Of a DNA stretch of 64,000 nt, positions 22,472 through 33,237 are shown in pieces. The stretch is from assembly GCA_965215265.1 (NCBI GenBank), contig OZ244048.1, forward strand, positions 4,064,001-4,128,000, read 5' to 3'. Made by a program: the position numbers and the translations under genes. The notes under the pieces are model-generated. The model was given only the letters and a program-made list of their open reading frames with translations. It was not told where the DNA came from and searched no databases. The stretch is from Candidatus Poribacteria bacterium. Lineage in GTDB: Bacteria; Poribacteria; WGA-4E; WGA-3G. Position 1 is the first letter of the stretch, and every line of letters begins with the position of its first letter.

Positions 22472-23215
22472 ATCATACCAATTGTGAACAACATAAACCG
22501 GGGCGGACCCATCCGCCAATTGAAGCGATGCCCATTCCGCGTCTTCGACGAATTCATTGCGGAGGGTGTTGGTTTGTGCAGGGTGAACGTGCATGGATGC
22601 AAGATTCCAGCGCAAGTTTTCGCTGTTTTCCACGACGACGTTCGGTTCTTCTGCAATCAAGGAGACGCGTTGCAATCCGTTGTTTTTCCGTCTGAGCCGC
22701 AATTTGGAGACTACATAATGAATGCTTTGTTGGGCATCACGCATTTCCGCTCTGTATGGTTTTTCTTTGTGGCGTGCCAGTTTTCCGGATAGGCTCAGTC
22801 TATATGCACCAAAGCGCATCAACTTCAGATTTCCCAGGAATTGGTCTGTCTCATAGTGCTCGGGCCGCGGCAAGCCTCCGTAAATGATAATATGCCGGCA
22901 ATCGTATTGGTCCAAGGCATAGGAGACAGCCAATTGCCCGTCGGTATAATCCTTATCTATTTGTCCTATCCATTTTTGGACGATATGTTTAGCAATATCG
23001 GTTCTCAATTCTCCCACCGAATCCATATCGCCGATGAGTACATCGGGTGTGAGTTGGGTGCTGTTCCTCTGATTTAATTGGTGAAATATGCACAAACCGC
23101 CGTCGGCACAAATGAGAGGCGTGTCATTCGCCAGGGCTGCTTCAATCTCTTGACGATAAAAATTGAGATATCGCGTGTCATAATAGCCGTTGAGAAAAAT
23201 TAGGGCTGGCTTCAT
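22457..23215 (-). CDS. Thiamine pyrophosphokinase-like protein
   Basis: ICADGG, PDVLIGDMDS, DKDYTDGQLA. Confidence 0.72.
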   Translation of the reverse strand: MKPALIFLNGYYDTRYLNFYRQEIEAALANDTPLICADGGLCIFHQLNQRNSTQLTPDVLIGDMDSVGELRTDIAKHIVQKWIGQIDKDYTDGQLAVSYALDQYDCRHIIIYGGLPRPEHYETDQFLGNLKLMRFGAYRLSLSGKLARHKEKPYRAEMRDAQQSIHYVVSKLRLRRKNNGLQRVSLIAEEPNVVVENSENLRWNLASMHVHPAQTNTLRNEFVEDAEWASLQLADGSAPVYVVHNWYDLGTG

Positions 23216-23248
23216 GTCTAAATGAGCTCGCTTTTCCTGTAACCGTTC

Positions 23249-24259
23249 TTACGCAATCAGTTCTGATTCGGTTCCTGGAATAGAGACGTTATAGGATGGA
23301 ATCAATCGCCCTGGATGATAAGAAAGTTTGACGCGCTTCAGATTTTCTAACCCGGCATCCCCCATTGCGTTAATCCACTTTGGCGTAAAAGTGCGCAAGC
23401 ACAGATGGTTTTCATAGATTCCTGTCTGCAAACATCGCGTGAACTCGCGATATAGAAACTGCGCGAGCCCTTTTACCTTCAGATCGGTTATCTCAAACAT
23501 GACACAGAATATATCTTGGGTAAGCGGATATCCGAAAGTATAACCTTTGAGCTGCCCATCGATGTAGACAACGTTGCCCCTAAGTCCCAAAGAGTTCGCG
23601 TGTGTTATACCGATTCGGTGGGCACAGCGAGAGTCCTGAAGCATCGCTTGATAGATTGCATCATCGTATTGCTTGGCTCGCTCCGAGTACCAGGTGTCAT
23701 ATAACGCCAAACACTCACCGAGGTCAGCGGGACAGTAGGATTTGAGGATGGTTGATGGATAGTTTGCAACAAAAACGTTGTAGGCGTGCCGCTGACTCTT
23801 GTAACGATTTCCCTTTAGCTGCGCAAGTGCTTCAGTGTGATAAAGGTATTCTGTCTCTTTCAAACTGGCATGAAAGCGTTTATTTCGATGCGTTTCTGCT
23901 CCGGTATCCGTTTTAATCCGTAAAACGGCGAGCATCTCATGTGGCACATTTTCTATTCGAGCGATGTGTGGGTTACGATTTGTTTCAAGCATAAACTGAT
24001 ACACTTCATGAACAAGGTTCCGGTAGGCGGAATCTCCGACAACGTTCTCTTTAGAGAGCGGCAGCAGCGGCATGAAATAGTCATCGTTCTGCTTCGCAAA
24101 GACACAGAGGTAGTTATGCAGCAGCGTCCAATAAAATTCAAAATGCTCACGCCAGATGTAGAGTGCTGCGAACGCATAACCGGAGAGCCCGATTTCCATG
24201 TGCCGTGTGTATTCATCAAAGAGCGGCTTGTTAGCGAGCGTGAGTGGGCGAAGTTGCAT
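23249..24259 (-). CDS. DUF2156 / lysyl-PG synthase C-terminal-like protein
   Basis: EYLY...LKGNRYKSQR, KGLAQF, INAMGDAGLENLKRVKLSYHP. Confidence 0.8.
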   Translation of the reverse strand: MQLRPLTLANKPLFDEYTRHMEIGLSGYAFAALYIWREHFEFYWTLLHNYLCVFAKQNDDYFMPLLPLSKENVVGDSAYRNLVHEVYQFMLETNRNPHIARIENVPHEMLAVLRIKTDTGAETHRNKRFHASLKETEYLYHTEALAQLKGNRYKSQRHAYNVFVANYPSTILKSYCPADLGECLALYDTWYSERAKQYDDAIYQAMLQDSRCAHRIGITHANSLGLRGNVVYIDGQLKGYTFGYPLTQDIFCVMFEITDLKVKGLAQFLYREFTRCLQTGIYENHLCLRTFTPKWINAMGDAGLENLKRVKLSYHPGRLIPSYNVSIPGTESELIA

Positions 24260-24815
24260 CTGTTTTCAGTTCATTGTGTGCTTTAACGTTCTGTAAAACG
24301 TGGACGATTTCCACCGTCGCTTGATAGTCTCCGATGAGGCTCCAATTGGAAGAAATCTGTTCTGCAACTGTTTCGGATTCGACGTAATCGATGACGTGTT
24401 CTATATGTCGCTGAAAGCCTGCAGTTGACAGATGTGTTTCTCCAAACGGGCAAAGGGTGTCTACCCCCAGCAGCACTTTGGTTTTGTCTTTGTTAAACAT
24501 CAGAGCAAAGGGGTAGAGTCGACAATCAAGTGGGCGAATGGCATAGATGGTGCAGCGGCCGGTCTGTGGCTGAAAGAAAGGGCAGATGTAGAAGTCTTTG
24601 TAAGCTTTTAACCGGATCTGCGTACTTTTTCCATCCAGCTGCGGACAAAATTGTGTAGACTCGGCTCCGTATGATAAAACAGTCTCCGTCTCTAATGCCG
24701 TAAAAATCGGGGCGAGTGGACTGTCCACCTCTAAAAACCGGCAACAGACATCGCACGAAAAGCAGACTTCGTTGGGAATGATTTGGATGAGTTGTTTGTC
24801 TGAGTTGTTAGCCAT
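24231..24815 (-). CDS. YkgJ family cysteine-cluster protein
   Basis: CFSCDVCC...CPFF...CTIYAIRPLDCRLYPF. Confidence 0.85.
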   Translation of the reverse strand: MANNSDKQLIQIIPNEVCFSCDVCCRFLEVDSPLAPIFTALETETVLSYGAESTQFCPQLDGKSTQIRLKAYKDFYICPFFQPQTGRCTIYAIRPLDCRLYPFALMFNKDKTKVLLGVDTLCPFGETHLSTAGFQRHIEHVIDYVESETVAEQISSNWSLIGDYQATVEIVHVLQNVKAHNELKTDATSPTHAR

Positions 24816-25155
24816 CGATTTTCAGTGCGTTTCGCTCCGTTTTGACGTACGGAACCCGGTAAGTTTGCTATTTTAAACCCAGCGGCTGCAGAAATACGTT
24901 CTGTATCCTCATTTTTTCGCAGAGCCGATAAAGGCGTTTTTTTTCTTCCCTTGGTCCGCGGCACTGATTAAAACTGCTGCGTATTCTGCTTTTCTAGTGT
25001 AGTATCTCTTGCGATTTTATTTTATCAAAGATTGACAAAATTCGGAATTAAAAAGCCGCCCAAACGGTTTTGAGAGGCGCGAATCAGTGATTTGTGATAT
25101 AGATGCATCGCCTCTTATTTTGACGTGAGCACCTCCTCGCGGTTGGCGTTGACGT

Positions 25156-26304
25156 TCATGCCCCAAAAAAATTGCCTATAGCTGCAATGACGGTATAGAC
25201 ATCTGCTTCAGTTAGCCCTGGATGAAGTGGTAGGCTGATAACGCGTTGGAAAGCTGCTTCGGCATTGGGGAAATCGCCTTCGGCGTATCCGTACTGCTTC
25301 TGATAAAACTGGAAGAGGTGCAGCGGTATATAGTGAACGCTACATTCGATGTTTTGCTCTCGGAGTGCATTGATGAATGCGTCTCGGTTTCCGTTCTGGA
25401 TGTGGATGATGTAGAGGTGCCATGCGTGCATGCCGGTTTTTGGGGGCGGTGCAGGGGGTGTCCTAATTTCAGGAATTTTCGCGAGTTCAGTTTGGTAGAT
25501 GTTAGCATATTGCTGCCGGTATTCGTGCTGTTTATTAAGTTTGAGGAGTTGACATAAACCGAGCGCGGCTTGAATATCTGTCATGTTGTATTTGTAGCCC
25601 TCGCTTGTAATATCGTAGCTCCAAATACTGCGTTGAAATTGGCGGCTCCAGGCATCTCTATCAATACCGTGCAGCCGCATTGTGCGTAGCGGTGCGGCAA
25701 GTGCATCGCTATTGGTGGTAATCATCCCGCCTTCTGCGGTGGTGAGATTTTTGTTTGCATAGAAACTAAAAGCCGAGACATCTGCTAGTGTGCCGATGTA
25801 ATGTCCTCTGTATTTTGCAGGAATTGCGTGTGCGGCATCATCGATGAGAATGAGATTGTAGCGTTCGCAGATGTCGCGGAGTGCATCCATCTCACAAGGA
25901 TAGCCGGCGATGTGTACGGGCAGGATGGCTTTCGTGCGCGGGGTAATTGCTTCTTCAATATTGGCAGTGTCAATGTTCAAAGTCTGCTCGTTCACATCAA
26001 CAAAAACAGGTTTCGCGCCTACATATCGGATAGCTTCCGCTGTGGCTGTGAAGGTGTATGGAGTGGTGATGACTTCATCCCCGCTGCCGACTTCGGTGGC
26101 AACCAGGCTGAGGTGCAAAGCAGCAGTACAGGAGCTCACGGCGATGGCATGCTTCACGCCGATATATTCTGCAAACGCGCTTTCAAATTCGCGCACCTTT
26201 GCACCGGTGCTAATCCATTTGGAGGCGAGTACCTCACTCACTGCTTCAATTTCAGTCTCATCAATCCACGGACGACTGAACGGAATGAAACGGTTTTGTG
26301 ACAT
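25156..26304 (-). CDS. DegT/DnrJ/EryC1/StrS aminotransferase
   Basis: SSCTAALHL, DDAAHA, SFYANKNLTTAEGG, GYKYNM. Confidence 0.92.
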   Translation of the reverse strand: MSQNRFIPFSRPWIDETEIEAVSEVLASKWISTGAKVREFESAFAEYIGVKHAIAVSSCTAALHLSLVATEVGSGDEVITTPYTFTATAEAIRYVGAKPVFVDVNEQTLNIDTANIEEAITPRTKAILPVHIAGYPCEMDALRDICERYNLILIDDAAHAIPAKYRGHYIGTLADVSAFSFYANKNLTTAEGGMITTNSDALAAPLRTMRLHGIDRDAWSRQFQRSIWSYDITSEGYKYNMTDIQAALGLCQLLKLNKQHEYRQQYANIYQTELAKIPEIRTPPAPPPKTGMHAWHLYIIHIQNGNRDAFINALREQNIECSVHYIPLHLFQFYQKQYGYAEGDFPNAEAAFQRVISLPLHPGLTEADVYTVIAAIGNFFGA

Positions 26305-26313
26305 ATAAGATTT

Positions 26314-26341
26314 CCTTTACCTTTACCTTTACCTTTACCTT
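26314..26341. repeat. (CCTTTA)4.7 hexamer microsatellite
   Basis: cctttacctttacctttacctttacctt between aroQ and the DegT gene. Confidence 0.85.
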
Positions 26342-26355
26342 CGGAGACATCACTA

Positions 26356-26835
26356 TTAGATTTCAAGAGCTGCCCCGGGGGCTGCCGGCTCCGTTGAGGT
26401 TTGCAATATCTGAATTATCGCATCGAGTGCGAGCGTGTAGCTATATGCCCCAAAACCGCCAATGACACCGACAGCAACGGCTGAAATATAGGAGTGGTGC
26501 CGAAACGGTTCCCGGGCGTAGATATTGGAAAGGTGGATCTCAATTGCAGGGAGCGCCACGGTGGAGAGTGCGTCGCGGATAGCGATGCTCGTGTGTGTAT
26601 ACGCTGCCGGATTGATTAAGATGCCGTCTGCCCAATTGATATGGTTGCCGATAATTGAGACAATCTCGCCTTCGTGATTAGATTGGAAGATTTTCAGTAC
26701 AATATCATGGGCTGAAGCAGCGGCTTGCCTATCCAGGGCAGTATTGATGTCTTCCAACGTTTGATGTCCATAAATTTCAGGTTGGCGTTTGCCTAATAGA
26801 TGCAGATTGGGGCCATGGATAACTAAAATATTCAT
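26356..26835 (-). CDS. aroQ: Type II 3-dehydroquinate dehydratase
   Basis: HGPNLHLLGKRQPEIYG, QSNHEG, INPAAYTHTS, EIHLSN. Confidence 0.96.
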   Translation of the reverse strand: MNILVIHGPNLHLLGKRQPEIYGHQTLEDINTALDRQAAASAHDIVLKIFQSNHEGEIVSIIGNHINWADGILINPAAYTHTSIAIRDALSTVALPAIEIHLSNIYAREPFRHHSYISAVAVGVIGGFGAYSYTLALDAIIQILQTSTEPAAPGAALEI

Positions 26836-26920
26836 AAATTTACCACAAGATGGTTATGTGCTCTTAACTGTATACAAATTATAAGTCCGGGCTCAGTTTG
26901 ATGTCAACGTTTTTTGAAAA

Positions 26921-27769
26921 TTAACCTATTTGCGGGTCGAGTGCATCGCGAAGTGCGTCACCGAGCAGGTTAAAGGCTAAAACGACAAGGAAAATGGCGA
27001 TGCCGGGGACGGCGACGGTAAGTGGTGCCCGTCTAATAAAATTTCGGTTCTCGTGGAGCATGGCCCCCCATTCAGGTTCTCCGATTTCTGCCCCGAGCCC
27101 GAGGAAACTGAGCCCTGCTGCATCTAAGATCGCCGCCCCGATACCGAGGGTTGCTTGCACAATCAGTGGGGCAATACAGTTCGGCAGCACTGTTGTGGTA
27201 AGGATGCGGAAGTCGCTGGCCCCAATCACCTTTGCAGCGATGACGTAGTCAAGCTGGCGCACCTTCAGTACAGCGGCCCGCAGGATTCGGGCGTACTGTG
27301 GGATATAGACGATAGAGACGGCAATAATTGCATTGGTGAGACTCTGCCCGAGAATCGTCATGATTACCATAGCAAGGAGAATACTGGGCATAACGAGCAT
27401 GATATCCATGATACGCATAATAAGGTTGTCAAACCAGCTGCCGTAGTAGCCTGCGATTGCCCCGAAAACAGTGCCAAAGCTGAGCGCAAAGGCAGTCGCT
27501 ATGAAACCGACCGTCAGGGAAATGCGGGTGCCGTAGACGATTCGGCTGAAGAGATCGCGCCCGACTCCATCAGTACCGAGGTAGTGTTCAGTGGAGCTCT
27601 GCTGTAACCGCTCAATTACGTTCGCCTGCCTCGGGTCGTGTGTAGCAATCAAAGGTGCCAAAATCGCTACGATAATAAAGAGTAGGATAATTGATGCCCC
27701 AATCATGGCAGATGGATGGTGCAATAATTTACGAAAGGCTTGGTGGGTAGTCATTGCAGTGTGGTTCAT
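26921..27769 (-). CDS. dppC: Dipeptide/oligopeptide ABC permease
   Basis: LGTDGVGRDLFSRIVYG, LSFLGLG, PEWG, LGDALRDALDP. Confidence 0.88.
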   Translation of the reverse strand: MNHTAMTTHQAFRKLLHHPSAMIGASIILLFIIVAILAPLIATHDPRQANVIERLQQSSTEHYLGTDGVGRDLFSRIVYGTRISLTVGFIATAFALSFGTVFGAIAGYYGSWFDNLIMRIMDIMLVMPSILLAMVIMTILGQSLTNAIIAVSIVYIPQYARILRAAVLKVRQLDYVIAAKVIGASDFRILTTTVLPNCIAPLIVQATLGIGAAILDAAGLSFLGLGAEIGEPEWGAMLHENRNFIRRAPLTVAVPGIAIFLVVLAFNLLGDALRDALDPQIG

Positions 27770-28788
27770 GGGGTTTCCGCTCCGATACGGATACGTGGGT
27801 CAAAGTAGGCGTAAAGCAGGTCTACGGTGAGATTCACCAGCATAAATATGGTAGCGACAAAGAGGACACCCCCTTGTACAGGACGAATGTCGCGCGATTC
27901 GACAGCATCACGCAGCCATGAGCCGAGCCCTGGCCAAGAGAAGATGTATTCTGTCAAAATCGCACCGCCCATCAAGTAACCGAATTCAAGTCCGATGATG
28001 GTTAGGATAGGGACCATGCTATTTTTCATCGCATGTTTGCCAATGACCTGCCATCGCGGCAGCCCTTTCGCGTAGGCGGTAGTTATATAAGGTTGATTGA
28101 GTACTTCAAGGAGACTGGAGCGCGTCATCCGTGCAATAATTGCCAGCGGTATAGTACCGAGCGTAATTGCCGGGAGGATAAGATGTGCAATGGCGTTCCG
28201 AAAGGCGGTAAAGTTGGAGGCGAGGAGTGTGTCAATCAGGTAAAAGCCGGTGCGTCGTTGAATTTCTAAATCTAAAATTGCATCCAAACGTTGTGTACTG
28301 GGAAGGACGGGCCAGAGATAAGAAAAAAGTAGAACCAGCATTAACCCTAACCAAAAAATCGGCATGGAGATGCCTGCGAGGGATGTCGACATAGAGAAGT
28401 AGTCCCAAAACTTTCCGCGATACATCGCGGCGATGCACCCTGCAGTGATACCGAACAGAATTGAGAACGCCATGGCGGCAAGCGTTAATTCAACGGTTGC
28501 AGGAAAATAACGTTTGATTTCTTCAATAACGGGCTGCTTCGTTTTGAACGAACGTCCTAGGTCCAAGCGTGCAATATCCCATAGAAATTTCGCATATTGT
28601 TGATAAAGCGGTCTGTCAAGTCCTATCTCCTTTCGGAGTTCAGTGAGGGCTGCTTCCGTGGCACGCTCGCCCAAAATTGCGAGTGCAGCATCCCCCGGGA
28701 TGAGATGCACCATGAAAAAAACCAGGAGCGAGACACCTAAAAGCGAGACACCCATGGAGAGCAGACGACGGATTATATAAGCGAGCAA
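27766..28788 (-). CDS. dppB: Dipeptide/oligopeptide ABC permease
   Basis: PGD, LDRPL, PATVEL, TAYAKGL, DLLYAYFDPRI; start placed at TTG 28788. Confidence 0.88.
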   Translation of the reverse strand: MLAYIIRRLLSMGVSLLGVSLLVFFMVHLIPGDAALAILGERATEAALTELRKEIGLDRPLYQQYAKFLWDIARLDLGRSFKTKQPVIEEIKRYFPATVELTLAAMAFSILFGITAGCIAAMYRGKFWDYFSMSTSLAGISMPIFWLGLMLVLLFSYLWPVLPSTQRLDAILDLEIQRRTGFYLIDTLLASNFTAFRNAIAHLILPAITLGTIPLAIIARMTRSSLLEVLNQPYITTAYAKGLPRWQVIGKHAMKNSMVPILTIIGLEFGYLMGGAILTEYIFSWPGLGSWLRDAVESRDIRPVQGGVLFVATIFMLVNLTVDLLYAYFDPRIRIGAETP

Positions 28789-28877
28789 TGACTCAAACCT
28801 CTTGTCGAGCAAAGCGTATAGGGCAAAGTTCACACACCTCAAAAAATAGAGAGACACGCACGGAACGCACCCTACAA

Positions 28878-29708
28878 TTAGAAAAATGGGTTATGTGCTT
28901 TCTCCTCACCAACGGTGGTAGGCGGTCCGTGACCGGGGAATAACCGGACATCATCTGCCAGGGAGAGAAGATGTTTGCGGACGCTGCTGATTTCATCGTC
29001 ATAAGAGATATTAGCCCCACCAACCGAACCTGCGAAAACAGCATCCCCGACGAATGCAACTGTTTGTGTCAGGAAGCTACACCCGCCGGTGGTATGCCCG
29101 GGCGTGCTGACGACAGTGAGCATCAGTCGTCCTACTGTCAGGACATCTGCATGTTCTACTTCTCTGATTTTGTCTCTGCTCGTCGGTTTGGGTTCGTTTT
29201 TGTGGATATAGGTTGGTGCACCGGTCAGCTCTTGGAGTTGGGTCAGGCCTTCGGCATGATCGTGATGTGCATGTGTCAAAAGAATCACTGTTGGATTGAC
29301 GTTACGTGCGTCCACTTGTTCAAGGATGAGCCCTGGATGCGCAGCCGTGTCAATAATCGCTGCTTCTTCAGTGGCTGTGCAGATTAAGAGGTAGGCGTTG
29401 ACGGGCCACCCCCCGACCGGTGCGCTCACCGTAATCACTTCAAAGCCTAGTCCTTGGTACGGAGATTCAACCGGATTCGGTTCCCAAGTCTCTGTCGCTA
29501 TATCCATCAATTTTGCAGCATTTAGGTTAAGCACTTCTGAGAGTTGAGTAACTTGTGATTCAGTCGGTTTTAAGGTATACTCTTCCATCTGGGAGAGTTG
29601 TGCTTCGGTGATTCCAGCAGCAGCGGCGGTTTGTGCCGGAGTGAGATGTTGGCCACGTCTCGCTTTGCCGATAATGTCACCAAATTCGTCTTCAAGTGCG
29701 TATGCCAT
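28878..29708 (-). CDS. MBL-fold metallo-hydrolase with N-terminal HTH-like domain
   Basis: THAHHDH, TPGHT, GDAVF, PGHG; N-terminal LEDEFGDIIGKARRG. Confidence 0.85.
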   Translation of the reverse strand: MAYALEDEFGDIIGKARRGQHLTPAQTAAAAGITEAQLSQMEEYTLKPTESQVTQLSEVLNLNAAKLMDIATETWEPNPVESPYQGLGFEVITVSAPVGGWPVNAYLLICTATEEAAIIDTAAHPGLILEQVDARNVNPTVILLTHAHHDHAEGLTQLQELTGAPTYIHKNEPKPTSRDKIREVEHADVLTVGRLMLTVVSTPGHTTGGCSFLTQTVAFVGDAVFAGSVGGANISYDDEISSVRKHLLSLADDVRLFPGHGPPTTVGEEKAHNPFF

Positions 29709-29913
29709 AATTTTGAGACCTCTTTCGTGAAATTTGTCATATCCGGATAACCGGGACTTGAAAGTATAGACTGCGTATGGTAAAATTAAGTATAGCAGAA
29801 AATTAGAGAGAAAGCAATGCAAAAAAGGGCCGGACATGCCTCACCTGTCCCGGCACTTTCCGCGTAAGGCTTTCTTGTCGTCTCTTACAACTTTTTGAAT
29901 AAGGGGATATTTT

Positions 29914-30672
29914 ATGAAACTCGGTTTGGTAACGTATAATATGGCAAAAGATTGGGATGTTTCCACGCTCATTGAACGGTGTGTGGAGACGGGTTTTGAA
30001 GGCGTAGAATTGCGTACGACACATGCACATGGTGTGGAAGTGGGGTTATCCTCGAGCGAACGTGCTGCTGTTAAACAACTTTTCGCTGATTCGCCGATTG
30101 ACATTGCAGGCTTGGGTTCTGCATTTGACTATCACGCTGTAGACGCGGCAGTCGTTCGTCAGAATATAGAAGGAACGAAGCAATATTCTCAGCTAGCAGC
30201 AGATGTCGGGGCACCGGGGGTAAAGGTCCGGCCGAATGGACTTCCCGAAGGCGTCCCCGTCGAAAAGACGTTAGAACAAATTGGGCTCGCACTGCAGGAA
30301 TGTGCGGAGTACGCAGCAAACCTGGGCGTACAAATTCGCCTAGAGGTACACGGTGCTGGAACATCCGAGCTGCCACATATTCGTACGATTATTGATGTCG
30401 CGGCACATGAGAACGTTTATGTCTGCTGGAATTCTAACTTTGGAGAAGTGGAGAACGGTTCGATCGAGAGTAACTTCAATTTAGTAAAAGGCAAAATTGG
30501 CTTAGTCCATATCACTGAATTGCATCGGCGGGAGTACCCATGGCGAGAACTCTTCACGTTACTGAGAGGATCCGGCTATTCCGGCTACTGTCTCGCGGAA
30601 ATTGCCGGCAGTTCGGATCCGGTGCGTGTGATGAACTATTATCGGGCATTGTGGGAGCAGTTGGCGGCATGA
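29914..30672 (+). CDS. Sugar phosphate isomerase/epimerase (TIM barrel)
   Basis: GFEGVELR, LEVHG, VHITEL. Confidence 0.82.
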   Translation: MKLGLVTYNMAKDWDVSTLIERCVETGFEGVELRTTHAHGVEVGLSSSERAAVKQLFADSPIDIAGLGSAFDYHAVDAAVVRQNIEGTKQYSQLAADVGAPGVKVRPNGLPEGVPVEKTLEQIGLALQECAEYAANLGVQIRLEVHGAGTSELPHIRTIIDVAAHENVYVCWNSNFGEVENGSIESNFNLVKGKIGLVHITELHRREYPWRELFTLLRGSGYSGYCLAEIAGSSDPVRVMNYYRALWEQLAA

Positions 30673-33041
30673 AGAAGATCCTGTTTTCCAGTCTCTATTT
30701 AGCCGCGTCTCTACTCACTCAATTGGCTTTCGCCAATACAACAGACACTGTGACGCTCGAGAACGATGTGTGGCGTATTGACATTGCACCCCAATCGCTT
30801 GCCGTGATTGCACAGCCAAAAGGCAGCGCAGCGGTTCACGTTTCAAAAGGACAAGCAGGTTTGGGCAACGTTACCGCCCTTGTTCAACAGCGGAATCTTG
30901 CCACATGGAAACTGTCTGAAACTTCTCTGAGCGTCCGTGCTGAGTTAATAGAAGAGGTGCTCTCAATTGAATTCATTTCAGAGACCTCCGGCAATTTGAC
31001 GTGGCCGATGATTCAAAACACTCCGTCTCTTCGGGGTTACATTGTCCCTTTTTTTGAAGGAAGTTACGTTCCAACCGATGACGTGCTCTGGCAGGATTTC
31101 TTGCATCAACGAGGTGCTATCAGCACAACTGCGGGGCTCTCAATGCCTTTTTGGGGCTTAGATTTTGGCGAATGGACCTTAACGTATATTCTAACAAACC
31201 CTTTCAATAACCAATTGCAATTCAATAAAATGGCGGAATTAGGCTTAGGGATGCAGGTATCGCACGCATTCACCCCGAATTGGGCTCGGAAAACTTACGG
31301 CATGCGAATTGTGTTGGGTGCCGGAACCCCGGTTACGCCGGCGAAGCACTACCGGCAAGAGTTGATGGATAACTCAGCATTCGTCTCATTTTCAGAAAAA
31401 GTAGAGCGATTGCCAGCAGCCGAGAAACTACTGGGTGCCGCTCATATCTATCTCTGGGGTGGGCAGATGCTAAGCCGGTATGACGTAACCGACTGGAAGA
31501 CGTTTGCAGTAAAACTGCACAGTCGTGAAACCGTTGTCACACAACAGATTTGGAGCCGACTTAATGCTGATGTCCGGAAAACTGTTAAGGTACTTGTTCA
31601 ATCAGAACGCTCGCCGGTGTACGCACAACGCGTTCTCAGCGGTACCTTAAGTGAAATTCTTGAGGAACGGAGTTTCGCTCGGTGGTTTCAAGCAACGCTT
31701 GAAAATCTGGATACAGAAAAACAAGATGCCTCTATATGGAGTCAGAAACACCTTGAACCTGAAGTTGCCGCCTTACTCTCTCAAGACGTTTCATCACTCT
31801 CGCGCGTCGACGTATACCGTCTCAATAGTCTACTGCTATATGCTGTATTTGCTGAGCAGCTGCGCCATCCAGATGAATGGGGCGATGGTGTCTCTATTAA
31901 ACTGTTAGAGCAATTCGCAGAAAACGGCCTTGACCGGCTCTGGTTAGGTATGGATTCGTGGCTCGATGGATTCCGGCATCCGACGGCTGTCCGGAAGGCG
32001 AAAGCGCTTGGTTATCTCATAGCACCTTATGACTCATATCATAGCATCCATCATCCTCAGGAACCGGAAACCTGGGAGACAGCCCAATTTGATTTGGAAC
32101 TTTATGAACAAGGCGCGATTGTGAATGCAGACGGCACAAAAAATAAGGGATTTAAGCAGAAGGGCTATCACTTGAGTCCTTTGGTAGCGAGGCCTTACGT
32201 TGAAAGACGAGTTAACGATATTTTTTCAGTGATGCCGTCCGATTTTAATTCCTGGTTCATAGATTGTGACGCTTACGGAGAACTTTTTGACGACTATTCG
32301 CCCGCACACACCGCAACCCAGTTCGACGATATGCAAGCACGGTTGGCACGGATGGCATGGATTCGAGACACCTATCAAGTCGTAGTCGGTTCCGAGGGCG
32401 GTGCCGCTTATGCTGCAGCTACGCTCCACTTCGCGCACGGCATGATGGCACCTGTCATTGGATGGGGCGATGCAGACATGAAGGAGAAAGGTTCACCGTA
32501 TTATATCGGGGGTTACTGGCCACCTGATGCACCTGCTATCCATGTCAAACAGGTACCCTTGAAACCACTCTATTTTCATCTCTATTTTGACCCAAGATTC
32601 CGCTTACCACTGTATCAACTGGTCTTTCATGACTCCCTCGTGACAACAAATCATTGGGGCAGCGGCAGTTTGAAGTTTAAGGAGGCAGTAGAAACGTTGA
32701 GGATGTTAGAGCTCCTTTATAATGTGCCGCCGCTGTATCACCTTAACATTGCAGAATTTTCAAAGCATAAGGAAACGATAAAGAAACATTATGCCTTCTT
32801 TTCGCCGCTTCACCGGGAAATTGGCGGGCAGCCGATGACAGATTTTGAGTGGCTGAGTCAGCATCGACAGGTTCAACGCACCGAGTTTGCAGGCACCGTT
32901 GAAATCTTCGCGAATTTCGGTACGGTTCCCTTTAAACATGTTAAACAGGTAAAGCTAGTGATTCCAGGGCGAACCGTTGTCGCACGATGGATTCAAACTG
33001 GAGATACTCAGATGTTCTCCATCGATTCAACCTTAGAATAA
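30669..33041 (+). CDS. Secreted glycoside hydrolase, GH129/GH101-like
   Basis: Signal peptide; GYLIAPYDSYHS, WFIDCD, GSEGG, RLPLYQLVFHDS. Confidence 0.6.
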   Translation: MKKILFSSLYLAASLLTQLAFANTTDTVTLENDVWRIDIAPQSLAVIAQPKGSAAVHVSKGQAGLGNVTALVQQRNLATWKLSETSLSVRAELIEEVLSIEFISETSGNLTWPMIQNTPSLRGYIVPFFEGSYVPTDDVLWQDFLHQRGAISTTAGLSMPFWGLDFGEWTLTYILTNPFNNQLQFNKMAELGLGMQVSHAFTPNWARKTYGMRIVLGAGTPVTPAKHYRQELMDNSAFVSFSEKVERLPAAEKLLGAAHIYLWGGQMLSRYDVTDWKTFAVKLHSRETVVTQQIWSRLNADVRKTVKVLVQSERSPVYAQRVLSGTLSEILEERSFARWFQATLENLDTEKQDASIWSQKHLEPEVAALLSQDVSSLSRVDVYRLNSLLLYAVFAEQLRHPDEWGDGVSIKLLEQFAENGLDRLWLGMDSWLDGFRHPTAVRKAKALGYLIAPYDSYHSIHHPQEPETWETAQFDLELYEQGAIVNADGTKNKGFKQKGYHLSPLVARPYVERRVNDIFSVMPSDFNSWFIDCDAYGELFDDYSPAHTATQFDDMQARLARMAWIRDTYQVVVGSEGGAAYAAATLHFAHGMMAPVIGWGDADMKEKGSPYYIGGYWPPDAPAIHVKQVPLKPLYFHLYFDPRFRLPLYQLVFHDSLVTTNHWGSGSLKFKEAVETLRMLELLYNVPPLYHLNIAEFSKHKETIKKHYAFFSPLHREIGGQPMTDFEWLSQHRQVQRTEFAGTVEIFANFGTVPFKHVKQVKLVIPGRTVVARWIQTGDTQMFSIDSTLE

Positions 33042-33156
33042 TGTATTAGTGACGGCAGCGGATGTGTGTTATTCAGTTCTGACGCTGGGACGCTGGTCGG
33101 CTCAATCTGGAAAAATAGCCGCATCTTCACAGCATCCGGAAAAAACGCATTTTAAT

Positions 33157-33185
33157 TTGCAATTTCGGTTACAATAGGATATAAT
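33157..33185 (+). promoter_or_regulatory. Sigma70-type promoter of the tRNA pair
   Basis: TTGCAA-N17-TATAAT. Confidence 0.65.
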
Positions 33186-33237
33186 TAAGATATATACTTT
33201 AATTATAGAGTTGTGAGTATATACTTTAAAGTAAGCA

